Shown: positions 6,597 to 12,592 of the stretch, piece by piece
Layout: every line of letters starts with the position of its first letter
Numbering within the stretch: position 1 is the stretch's first letter
Virus record (IMG/VR): IMGVR_UViG_3300045257_000314
Coordinates: 1 to 39,015 of that record
Reading direction: 5' to 3' (one strand)
Source: a virus
Length of the DNA stretch: 39,015 nucleotides
The notes under the pieces: model-generated
The model's input: only the letters and a program-made list of their open reading frames with translations
Databases searched by the model: none
Told to the model about the DNA's origin: nothing
Translations under genes and position numbers: made by a program

Positions 6597-6660
6597 CGGA
6601 CAAAATTCCGGTTTGTCCGCCTGTGTCCTGCCGGGCAGGGTGCCGGCGGCGCACACTCGA
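6596..6660. repeat. Right arm of the ~65-bp inverted repeat
   Basis: gcggacaaaattccggtttgtccgc hairpin (9-bp stem), then TGCCGG at 6629 and 6641 (12 bp apart), then a leader that resembles the one before the RHH ATG. Confidence 0.85.
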
Positions 6661-6664
6661 CGGA

Positions 6665-6820
6665 ATGGCCGATCGGGAACTGACGCCGGATGAGCGGCTC
6701 TCGGAAGTAACCCGCCTACTCGCGCTGGGCGCTCGCCTGATCCTGGAGAAGCGACGCGTCCAGCAAGTGCCCACAGCTCAGAAAGAGCCGGAGAGGGCCG
6801 ACGCTAGTTCGCGAAGTTGA
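6665..6820 (+). CDS. Possible small protein (51 aa) launched from the right repeat arm
   Basis: The ATG sits about 5 nt beyond the repeat, mirroring the RHH ATG beyond the left arm. MADRELTPDERLSEVTRLLALGARLILEKRR. Hand-counted GC1/2/3 of about 83/43/73% over the first 30 codons. It overlaps the integrase 3' end convergently by 43 nt. Confidence 0.3.
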   Translation: MADRELTPDERLSEVTRLLALGARLILEKRRVQQVPTAQKEPERADASSRS

Positions 6821-8493
6821 GTAGCGGGAACGATATGTCTGGTCCCACACGTATCGTTCCCGCTACATGCCTCCATCTCCGAGTCAAAGCGCAACGTGTT
6901 GGTATGCGGGTGCTCACGGTAGGCCCACGCGCCGGTCTGCACGTGTAGCTGGTTACCGATCAGCGCACGGTATTGCCGCAGGCGCCAGCGCCGGTTGAAG
7001 CCCTCGCCCTCGGCCTCGATGCGCACGCCGATGAAGAGCAGGCGATAGATGCGGTGCTGCTGCTCCCACGGCAGTGCATCGAAGGCGTCGAGGGGCGACT
7101 CGAGCAGGACCTGGCACATAGCCGCCAGGTCGGCGTCGGTGTCCGCCGCGATCTTCTCCTCGGCGACCTGGTCTCGAAGTTCTGCCACCTCGGCCTCGAC
7201 CTCACCCAGGCGAGCAATCAGCGACGCCGGCGGCGTGGTGGCGCCCCAGAGTTGATCGTTGATCCACTTCGCTCGGTCCTCCAGGAACGCGAGCCGTTGA
7301 GCCGCGGGAGAAGAGAGGTGCGCTTGCTGTTGCGCGCGCAGCTCGGCAGCGACCGCCTGCGCGTCGTACATGACCCGCGGCAGTTCATGGCGCAGCAGTT
7401 GAGCGGCAACGGTCGGGCTCAGCGCCTGCGGGGCTGAGCAAAGCACACCCTTGCGTCCGCGGAGCGTGCCCATGGCCGAGCACGCATAGGTGCGGTGGCC
7501 GCGAGCGACCATCGGCTGACCGCAACTGTGGCACTCGAGGACCCCCGACAATGGATGGGGGTGACGGGTTTCGACAGTACGTACGCTGCCAGGGTGGTCG
7601 AATTTCGATCGCCAGCGGCGGACCTGGGCCGACGACCAGTACGCAAGCTCAGGTACATGGTGCAGGAAATCCTTGGGCAGGCCCGTCTGCGGGTCAGTAG
7701 CGAAGCGGTGCCAGACGATCGAACGCTTCTTGAGGCGCGTCCCGAAGGTAAATGTGCCGGTGTAGATCGTGTTCCGCAGCAGGTAGCGTAGGCTCTGGAC
7801 GCTCCAGTGGGTAGTTGTCCCTCCGCGACCTTTGAAAGCGGGCCGCGACGGACCATAGGTGTTGAGCCGGCGTGCCATCTGAGCCAGCGAGTCGCTCGAT
7901 TCAAAGAGGCGCCCGAGCTCGGTCATCAGCTCGTCCTGTCCGGGATGTTTGACGACGCGACGAACGATGCGTCGGCCCTCATCTGGCTTCAAGACTTCAG
8001 TCATGTACCCAATCGGCGGCCGCAGGTAGACCGGCTCGTGTTCCAATTTCTTGAAGAGTCCCGACCAGAAGGTATTGCGGATGCTGCGCCAGTCGATTCC
8101 AGCCAGCATGCACTGGAACTGAAACTGCAGCAGATCGTCATCGTTGCGCAAGTCGTAGTCACGATCCCAGGTAGCGAACAGACCACCGGCGTCGACAATA
8201 CGGCGGGCGATGTCGCCACCATCCATGCCGAACTCATCGCGCGTCAGTCGCTTGACGTCCAGGGCGCCGATCCCTTGAATGCGTCCCTGGCGCAGGTCCT
8301 CGAACATCTGCAGAGCGACAGTGCGCTTGGACAGATGCGCGCCTGAAATGCCCTGCTCGTCATAGACGCGGACCTGATAGCCGCGGTCCTCGAGGCGCTC
8401 GACCATGTCGAGCTGGGTCTCGGAGCGGAAGTTGCCGATCTGGCGAACCGTGGAGTTACGGATGGTCAGGCCAATCGTGGGTACAGGAGTCAT
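6778..8493 (-). CDS. int: Large serine recombinase (phage integrase)
   Basis: ATG at 8493 overlaps the upstream stop (ATGA). Resolvase-domain motifs: LTIRNSTVRQ (catalytic Ser), YDEQGISG, VKRLTRDE. A recombinase domain follows, then the zinc ribbon CHSCGQPMVARGHRTYACS...LCSAP and a long coiled coil. Confidence 0.9.
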   Translation of the reverse strand: MTPVPTIGLTIRNSTVRQIGNFRSETQLDMVERLEDRGYQVRVYDEQGISGAHLSKRTVALQMFEDLRQGRIQGIGALDVKRLTRDEFGMDGGDIARRIVDAGGLFATWDRDYDLRNDDDLLQFQFQCMLAGIDWRSIRNTFWSGLFKKLEHEPVYLRPPIGYMTEVLKPDEGRRIVRRVVKHPGQDELMTELGRLFESSDSLAQMARRLNTYGPSRPAFKGRGGTTTHWSVQSLRYLLRNTIYTGTFTFGTRLKKRSIVWHRFATDPQTGLPKDFLHHVPELAYWSSAQVRRWRSKFDHPGSVRTVETRHPHPLSGVLECHSCGQPMVARGHRTYACSAMGTLRGRKGVLCSAPQALSPTVAAQLLRHELPRVMYDAQAVAAELRAQQQAHLSSPAAQRLAFLEDRAKWINDQLWGATTPPASLIARLGEVEAEVAELRDQVAEEKIAADTDADLAAMCQVLLESPLDAFDALPWEQQHRIYRLLFIGVRIEAEGEGFNRRWRLRQYRALIGNQLHVQTGAWAYREHPHTNTLRFDSEMEACSGNDTCGTRHIVPATQLRELASALSGSF

Positions 8494-8747
8494 GGACGGT
8501 AGCCGCACGGACAGTCGGACGATGGTTCACGCCACTGACGACATCTGGGGCATTCGATGAGCGCCACATTCGACGATCGGTCGCCTGGCCGCTCGCTCGC
8601 ATGACTCCGTTCGAGTCGCTCGACCGACCAGTCGTGGAGCATCACCAGCACCTCGACTAGCGGGGTTACGTCGTTGCTATAGGTTCGGTGAATGATGCGG
8701 AACTCCTTCGACGGAGACTCCTGATCCTCAGGCGGTACACTCGTCAT
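8490..8747 (-). CDS. Small Cys-rich protein co-transcribed with the integrase (directionality-factor candidate)
   Basis: 85 aa with an ATG start. CPRCRQWREPSSDCPCG lies at the C-terminus. The stop overlaps the int ATG. Confidence 0.55.
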   Translation of the reverse strand: MTSVPPEDQESPSKEFRIIHRTYSNDVTPLVEVLVMLHDWSVERLERSHASERPGDRSSNVALIECPRCRQWREPSSDCPCGYRP

Positions 8748-8787
8748 TGCAGGTCAGTCAGTCCTTTCACACGGTTGACTTGCGCGA

Positions 8788-8825
8788 GCCCCGGCCGTTC
8801 CCATGGCGGCGGGGCTTTTCTTTTT
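8788..8825 (+). terminator. Intrinsic-terminator-like hairpin plus T-run, read on the plus strand
   Basis: gccccggccg / cggcggggc stem (one bulge) with loop ttcccatgg, followed by ttttcttttt. The T-run abuts the stop of the minus-strand XRE gene. Confidence 0.55.
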
Positions 8826-9030
8826 ACTCGTCTCGAGCTGGGTCCATCAGGTCGCTGGGCTTGACGCCGAGGGCCTTGGCCAGTTTGCGGAGCGTGGTCG
8901 GTCGCGCCTCCTGGAGGCCGGTTTCGAGCCGCTGAATGGTCGACTGCGTCACGCCCGCCTGGTCGGCCAGCTCGCGTTGCGTCAGAGCTTTACGTTCGCG
9001 CAGGGGTCGCAAGCGCGATATCACAATCAC
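8824..9030 (-). CDS. XRE-family helix-turn-helix regulator, paralogue of 6396..6596
   Basis: LTQRELADQAGVTQSTIQRLETG; RPTTLRKLAKALGVKPSDL. The start is uncertain: GTG 9030 (6 nt after a TACACT -10-like box), GTG 9024 (after GGGAG), or the tracked GTG 9057. Confidence 0.75.
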   Translation of the reverse strand: MIVISRLRPLRERKALTQRELADQAGVTQSTIQRLETGLQEARPTTLRKLAKALGVKPSDLMDPARDE

Positions 9031-9051
9031 TCCCGAAGTGTAGCAGAATGC

Positions 9052-9081
9052 TTGCACGCCTTAACAGCGTTCTGATATGAT
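9052..9081 (+). promoter_or_regulatory. Sigma-70-like promoter TTGCAC-N18-TATGAT for the rightward early block. The predicted start site coincides with the ATG at 9088 (leaderless).
   Basis: -35 at 9052-9057 and -10 at 9076-9081, with only 6 nt between the -10 and the ATG and no SD. The inverted repeat CAGAATGC (9044) / GCGTTCTG (9067) brackets the -35. Confidence 0.45.
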
Positions 9082-9087
9082 TACGGC

Positions 9088-9270
9088 ATGAACACCAACA
9101 CGAATCCTCTGGACCGCATCCTGAGCAAGCGGCCGCCGCTCTACCAGACCAACCACCTGAGCGACCGCGCCCTGTGCGGTCAAGTCAACGCCCGCGGCAT
9201 GGTCTGCGCCGCCACCAACAACCACGACGGCAAGTGCGACTTCGTGGTCCGCACCACTCGCGAGGACTGA
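9088..9270 (+). CDS. Small hypothetical protein (60 aa, three Cys)
   Basis: ATG ORF and first gene of the plus-strand block. CGQVNARGMVCAATNNHDGKC. Confidence 0.55.
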   Translation: MNTNTNPLDRILSKRPPLYQTNHLSDRALCGQVNARGMVCAATNNHDGKCDFVVRTTRED

Positions 9271-9273
9271 ACC

Positions 9274-9552
9274 GTGAACGTGACTCTCTCGACCGAAAAC
9301 CCCCGCTCTCTGAAAGCTTTGCAGCTCACCGCCGGCGCGGCCGACTGGCTGGCCCTGCCTGATGGTGGGTATGGCATCCCGAGCCAGCGCCACGACGGCG
9401 CCTTCTACGCCGCGGACGCCACGACCTGCACCTGCCCCGATGCCACGTACCGCAGCAGCGAGTGCAAGCACATCCTGGCGGTTCGTCTGCACCAGATCCT
9501 GCAGACCGCCGTTACGCAGCCAGCGCCGCGCCGGCTCAAGGTCGTCGCGTGA
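9274..9552 (+). CDS. SWIM zinc-finger protein
   Basis: 92 aa with a GTG start. CTCPDATYRSSECKHILAV matches the CxCx(n)CxH pattern. Confidence 0.7.
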   Translation: MNVTLSTENPRSLKALQLTAGAADWLALPDGGYGIPSQRHDGAFYAADATTCTCPDATYRSSECKHILAVRLHQILQTAVTQPAPRRLKVVA

Positions 9553-9941
9553 TGATCGGCACGAACGGCGCCGTCGGCGAGGTCGTCGAGGGCCTGGTCG
9601 AGAGCGCCAACGACCGCGGCATCAAAGTCGGCGGCGAGTGGCGCAATCAATCGAAATTCCACCCCGTGGATCTGCCCGAGCGCGGCGCACGCGTCCGCCT
9701 CGAGCTCGACCGCGCCGGCTTCATCAAGACCCTGCAGGTGCTCGAGCAACCCGCTGTGACAGACAACCTGTCGCGCGACCGCACCATCACCCGCCTGGCC
9801 GTGCTCAAAGCCGCGGCCAATTTCCTGGGCCAGTTGTCGCAGACGCGCGAAGAGGTTCGCAGCGAACACGTACTCACTCTGGCCGATAAATGGCTCGCCT
9901 GGGTCGACCAGGCCCCGCAACCTTCGAAGGAGGCATTCTAA
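9552..9941 (+). CDS. Hypothetical protein (129 aa)
   Basis: ATG at 9552 shares a base with the SWIM stop. The N-terminal half is beta-rich (GIKVGGEWRNQSKFHPVDLPERGARVRLEL). Confidence 0.6.
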   Translation: MIGTNGAVGEVVEGLVESANDRGIKVGGEWRNQSKFHPVDLPERGARVRLELDRAGFIKTLQVLEQPAVTDNLSRDRTITRLAVLKAAANFLGQLSQTREEVRSEHVLTLADKWLAWVDQAPQPSKEAF

Positions 9942-10396
9942 TGACGACATTGATGGCACGCGCTTACGGCGGCACCGGACTCAGCCTCGAGGACCTCGAC
10001 GCCTTGCCGCGGCACGAACGGGAAAGTATTGTCGCCGGCACCATCAGCATGCTGCGCGGGCAGCTCGCCGAGCTCCGCACCCAGCTCCTCGAGTCGGAGG
10101 GCATGCTCAGACAGGCCATGCTCGAGCGCGGCGCCACCGTCGCCGACGCCGGAGCGTGGACCGTGAAGCTGACCACGCGACGCTCCTACGCGTACGACGA
10201 GGAAATGATCAGCGCCCTGCAGGCGTTCGTCGACCCCGATGTCTACGATGACGCGGTGCGGCGGATCGTCACCACGAAAATCAACAAGACCAAGCTGAAC
10301 GCGCTGGCCAAACGCGGCGGCGAGATCGCGGCGATCATCGAGGCTGCCACCACCGACGTGGTGGACGGCTACACGCTCGAGGTGAGTCGTGCCTGA
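9941..10396 (+). CDS. Coiled-coil protein resembling siphovirus Gp157-family proteins
   Basis: GAAGGAGG (9926-9933) lies upstream. The ATG at 9941 shares a base with the upstream TAA. An N-terminal coiled coil is followed by WTVKLTTRRSYAYDEE...TTKINKTKLNALAKRGG...GYTLEVS. Confidence 0.4.
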   Translation: MTTLMARAYGGTGLSLEDLDALPRHERESIVAGTISMLRGQLAELRTQLLESEGMLRQAMLERGATVADAGAWTVKLTTRRSYAYDEEMISALQAFVDPDVYDDAVRRIVTTKINKTKLNALAKRGGEIAAIIEAATTDVVDGYTLEVSRA

Positions 10397-10649
10397 TCCT
10401 GATCCTGGTCGGACCCATTATGTCGAGGATGGTTGCGCACCCTCCCACGATCCCCGCATCGACGGCGAAATGTGCGTTTTCTGCGGTGAGGACACGGACG
10501 AGCACCGCAACCCCTTCGGCTATCTGGCCAGCGGCGTGTCCGGTTGTCGGAACCACACCGACGCGGAAATCCTGCGCGCCTGGTGCGAACAGCGGCTGGC
10601 GGATGACGCCGAGCCAGCGTTTGCTAGCGACGAGGTTAGCCGCGCGTGA
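10389..10649 (+). CDS. Small Cys/His-rich protein with an N-terminal DPGxTHxVxDGCxPxHDPRID motif
   Basis: 86 aa with a GTG start. PGRTHYVEDGCAPSHDPRIDGEMCVFCGEDTDEH. The motif is shared with 38078..38446. Confidence 0.6.
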   Translation: MPDPDPGRTHYVEDGCAPSHDPRIDGEMCVFCGEDTDEHRNPFGYLASGVSGCRNHTDAEILRAWCEQRLADDAEPAFASDEVSRA

Positions 10650-10870
10650 CCAATCGCATTGGCTGGCACGGCCCGTTTCCGCGTTTCGGCTGGGGGAAGT
10701 GCCTGCCCTGCGGCGGAAAGCGCCTACTGTTCTACTTCAACGACCAGTACCTGGTCGGACGGGACCAGGGGCGCCGCGCGGTCAGTGAGCCCCGGTGTGG
10801 TCCCTGCATCGACACCTGGCTGGCGGCACGCCGCGAACGACTGCAGGACATGCCCCAGGATCACGTTTAG
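10646..10870 (+). CDS. Zinc-ribbon protein (CxxC...CxxC)
   Basis: 74 aa. The GTG overlaps the upstream TGA (GTGA). CLPCGGK...CGPCID. Confidence 0.6.
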   Translation: MTNRIGWHGPFPRFGWGKCLPCGGKRLLFYFNDQYLVGRDQGRRAVSEPRCGPCIDTWLAARRERLQDMPQDHV

Positions 10871-11100
10871 GCGACCCGCATCTCAGCGAACTTCTGCTGC
10901 CACACGTCGTTGGCCTTTTCGGCCGCAATCAGGCGCATCCGCAGCCGTTCGTTTTCTGCCTCCGCGTCTACCAACCGCCTGTGCAGCAGGCGGCGCTCGC
11001 CGATCAGGGTGACCACGTCGTCCATGTCCGGGCAGAACGGCTCGACCATCATTGCCCGCTGGATACTGTCAACGATCGCGAGAAACTGGTCTTCGCTCAC
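10867..11100 (-). CDS. Hypothetical coiled-coil protein, last gene of the late/lysis operon
   Basis: The tracked ORF starts at TTG 11109. GTG 11100 lies 1 nt after the upstream stop. It is convergent with the plus-strand block (4-nt overlap). Confidence 0.5.
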   Translation of the reverse strand: MSEDQFLAIVDSIQRAMMVEPFCPDMDDVVTLIGERRLLHRRLVDAEAENERLRMRLIAAEKANDVWQQKFAEMRVA

Positions 11101-11101
11101 G

Positions 11102-11269
11102 TCAGGCAAACAGCCCCGCCGCCGCCACGATGAAGCCGCCGCCGATGACGCCGTGCTCTAGCGGCAGCACGCCGGCCAGGATCCCCGCCCCGAGAAGCAA
11201 CAGCACGACGCCGACGAGCTGGCGCAGGGCCGGCGGATCAGGCGCCTGGATCTGCTCGTGGTTGCGCAC
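11102..11269 (-). CDS. Small membrane protein (55 aa, below the ORF-track cutoff), a lysis-cassette accessory candidate
   Basis: My translation: VRNHEQIQAPDPPALRQLVGVVLLLLGAGILAGVLPLEHGVIGGGFIVAAAGLFA. Hand-counted positional GC (third about 95%, second about 30%) fits this frame. Confidence 0.5.
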   Translation of the reverse strand: MRNHEQIQAPDPPALRQLVGVVLLLLGAGILAGVLPLEHGVIGGGFIVAAAGLFA

Positions 11270-11311
11270 GCCCCTCAGGCTAAGGCACCTGGCGTGCCAA
11301 TGCCGCGTCGT

Positions 11312-11512
11312 TCAGGGGACGACGACCCGTCGACCCCACCAGTAATGACTCAGGACGGCCAGCGCCGCCAGGCACGCCAGCAGGAAAACGATGATCAACG
11401 GCCACGTCAAGCCACCCAACTCAAGCAGCCAGGGCAACCCGAACCAGACGATGGCGAACGCGAGCGCCGCCAGGACGATCCTGAACACCCACGAGAGAAT
11501 CGGGTCAGACAT
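11312..11512 (-). CDS. Holin-like protein (two TM segments, basic C-terminus)
   Basis: 66 aa. GGGAGGAGG lies 5 nt upstream of the ATG, directly after the peptidase stop. ILSWVFRIVLAALAFAIVWFGLPWLL and LTWPLIIVFLLACLAALAVL are hydrophobic. Confidence 0.65.
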   Translation of the reverse strand: MSDPILSWVFRIVLAALAFAIVWFGLPWLLELGGLTWPLIIVFLLACLAALAVLSHYWWGRRVVVP

Positions 11513-11527
11513 CGGTGCCTCCTCCCT

Positions 11528-11956
11528 TCACACCACCCAGAGGTGGTTCCAGCCGCCCAGGCGGTCGTAGTCGTAACGACTCAACTGGTCGTAGACGCCT
11601 CGGTACCCGGGCGCCGAATTGCTGATCCACAGGTTTGAGCCGGCCACCCCGCGGAACGCCACCCAGTGGTAGTACTCCGTGCCCGACCCCAGGCCCAGAC
11701 CCTCGCTGTAGCGCGCGTAGGCCTCGTCGAACGACAGCCAGCCCTGCTCGGTCTGCAGGCCGGCGTGCTCGTCTAACACCCGCTGCAACTGGGCGCCGGT
11801 GCCATCGTGGAGCCCGTGCATGGGGCTGATGTTGTCCGGGTACCCGATGGCGTACGTCACCGCCTCGCGGTTGGCGTAGACATCGTCGCTGCGCGGTGCC
11901 CAGACGGCACGCTCGATCCACTCGGTGGCACAGGCGCTGCACGTCCAGTCGTACAC
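11528..11956 (-). CDS. Papain-like (C39-like) cysteine peptidase, the endolysin candidate
   Basis: YDWTCSACATEW (Cys), EYYHWVAFRG (His) and NLWISNS. It lies immediately upstream of the holin-like gene. GTG 11956 is the first in-frame start after the 12015 gene. Positional GC rejects the upstream 79 codons of the tracked ORF. Confidence 0.55.
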   Translation of the reverse strand: MYDWTCSACATEWIERAVWAPRSDDVYANREAVTYAIGYPDNISPMHGLHDGTGAQLQRVLDEHAGLQTEQGWLSFDEAYARYSEGLGLGSGTEYYHWVAFRGVAGSNLWISNSAPGYRGVYDQLSRYDYDRLGGWNHLWVV

Positions 11957-12014
11957 CTGGGCAGGCTGTGGGGTCCACGCGTCCCAGGACGTGGCAGGTG
12001 GCGACTCGACTGAG

Positions 12015-12197
12015 TCAAAAGGGGGACGTCCTGACGACGTTGTCCCTCTCGATCCAGTAGTAAATCTGATCGCGACCGAACGTCTGAGAGATCTTGTCGC
12101 CCTCGAGCAGAATGATGAACTGCTCCGAGCTCCTGGGCTCGTCACCGGCGTCGGCCATCGCCTGCTGGACCCCTGGGCCGATCGAATATTCACTCAC
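12015..12197 (-). CDS. Small hypothetical protein (60 aa)
   Basis: The GTG overlaps the upstream TGA (GTGA). Hand-counted GC3/GC2 of about 75/25% favours this frame over the overlapping 221-aa ORF. Confidence 0.6.
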   Translation of the reverse strand: MSEYSIGPGVQQAMADAGDEPRSSEQFIILLEGDKISQTFGRDQIYYWIERDNVVRTSPF

Positions 12198-12592
12198 GGT
12201 AGCGTCGCCTCCAGCACCGCCAGCGCGGCGTCGTCTAACACCCAGCGCTCCAGGCCGTCGGTGGCGACCACGCGCGCCTTGACCTCGGCCGTGGCCTGCT
12301 CGACGGTCTTTCCCTCGCGGCCCAGGCCTGGGCCCATCGCCACCATGACGTGCAACGACTGCCCCATCAGCGCGTCGGCGCCGCCACCTGGCGGCCAGTA
12401 GCTCACCGAGCCGCAGTTCTCGAACGGGCACGGCACCACCACCACCATCTCGTTGGGCGTGCCGTCGATGTTGGTGCCGTAGGTGACCGTGGCAGGGTCC
12501 AGCGTGCCGCCGTGGCTGCCACCGTAGGCATCATCGTGAACGTAGGACCACATGCCGGTCCCATCATCGAAAGACGTTGGTTTGACGCTCAT
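12194..12592 (-). CDS. Hypothetical protein downstream of the tail fibre (possible fibre accessory)
   Basis: 132 aa. The ATG overlaps the fibre stop (ATGA). Confidence 0.6.
   Translation of the reverse strand: MSVKPTSFDDGTGMWSYVHDDAYGGSHGGTLDPATVTYGTNIDGTPNEMVVVVPCPFENCGSVSYWPPGGGADALMGQSLHVMVAMGPGLGREGKTVEQATAEVKARVVATDGLERWVLDDAALAVLEATLP

Noticed and set aside
6377-6820. The 147-aa plus-strand ORF as a single gene
   Set aside because: Its first two-thirds overlap the XRE gene out of frame and run through the inverted-repeat arm. Only the last 51 codons, from ATG 6665, are kept, and only as a low-confidence ORF.
8748-8787. An attP core next to the integrase (also examined 6597-6777)
   Set aside because: Only 4-5 bp dyad matches (GTCA/TGAC) are present, which is not enough to call a serine-integrase attP. 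It stays unidentified without attB or junction data.
11957-12193. N-terminal 79 codons of the tracked 221-aa ORF (11528-12193) as part of the peptidase
   Set aside because: Hand-counted positional GC over 12061-12120 fits the overlapping 12015-12197 frame (third position about 75%, second about 25%). It does not fit the long ORF. The extension is Ser/Arg-rich junk.
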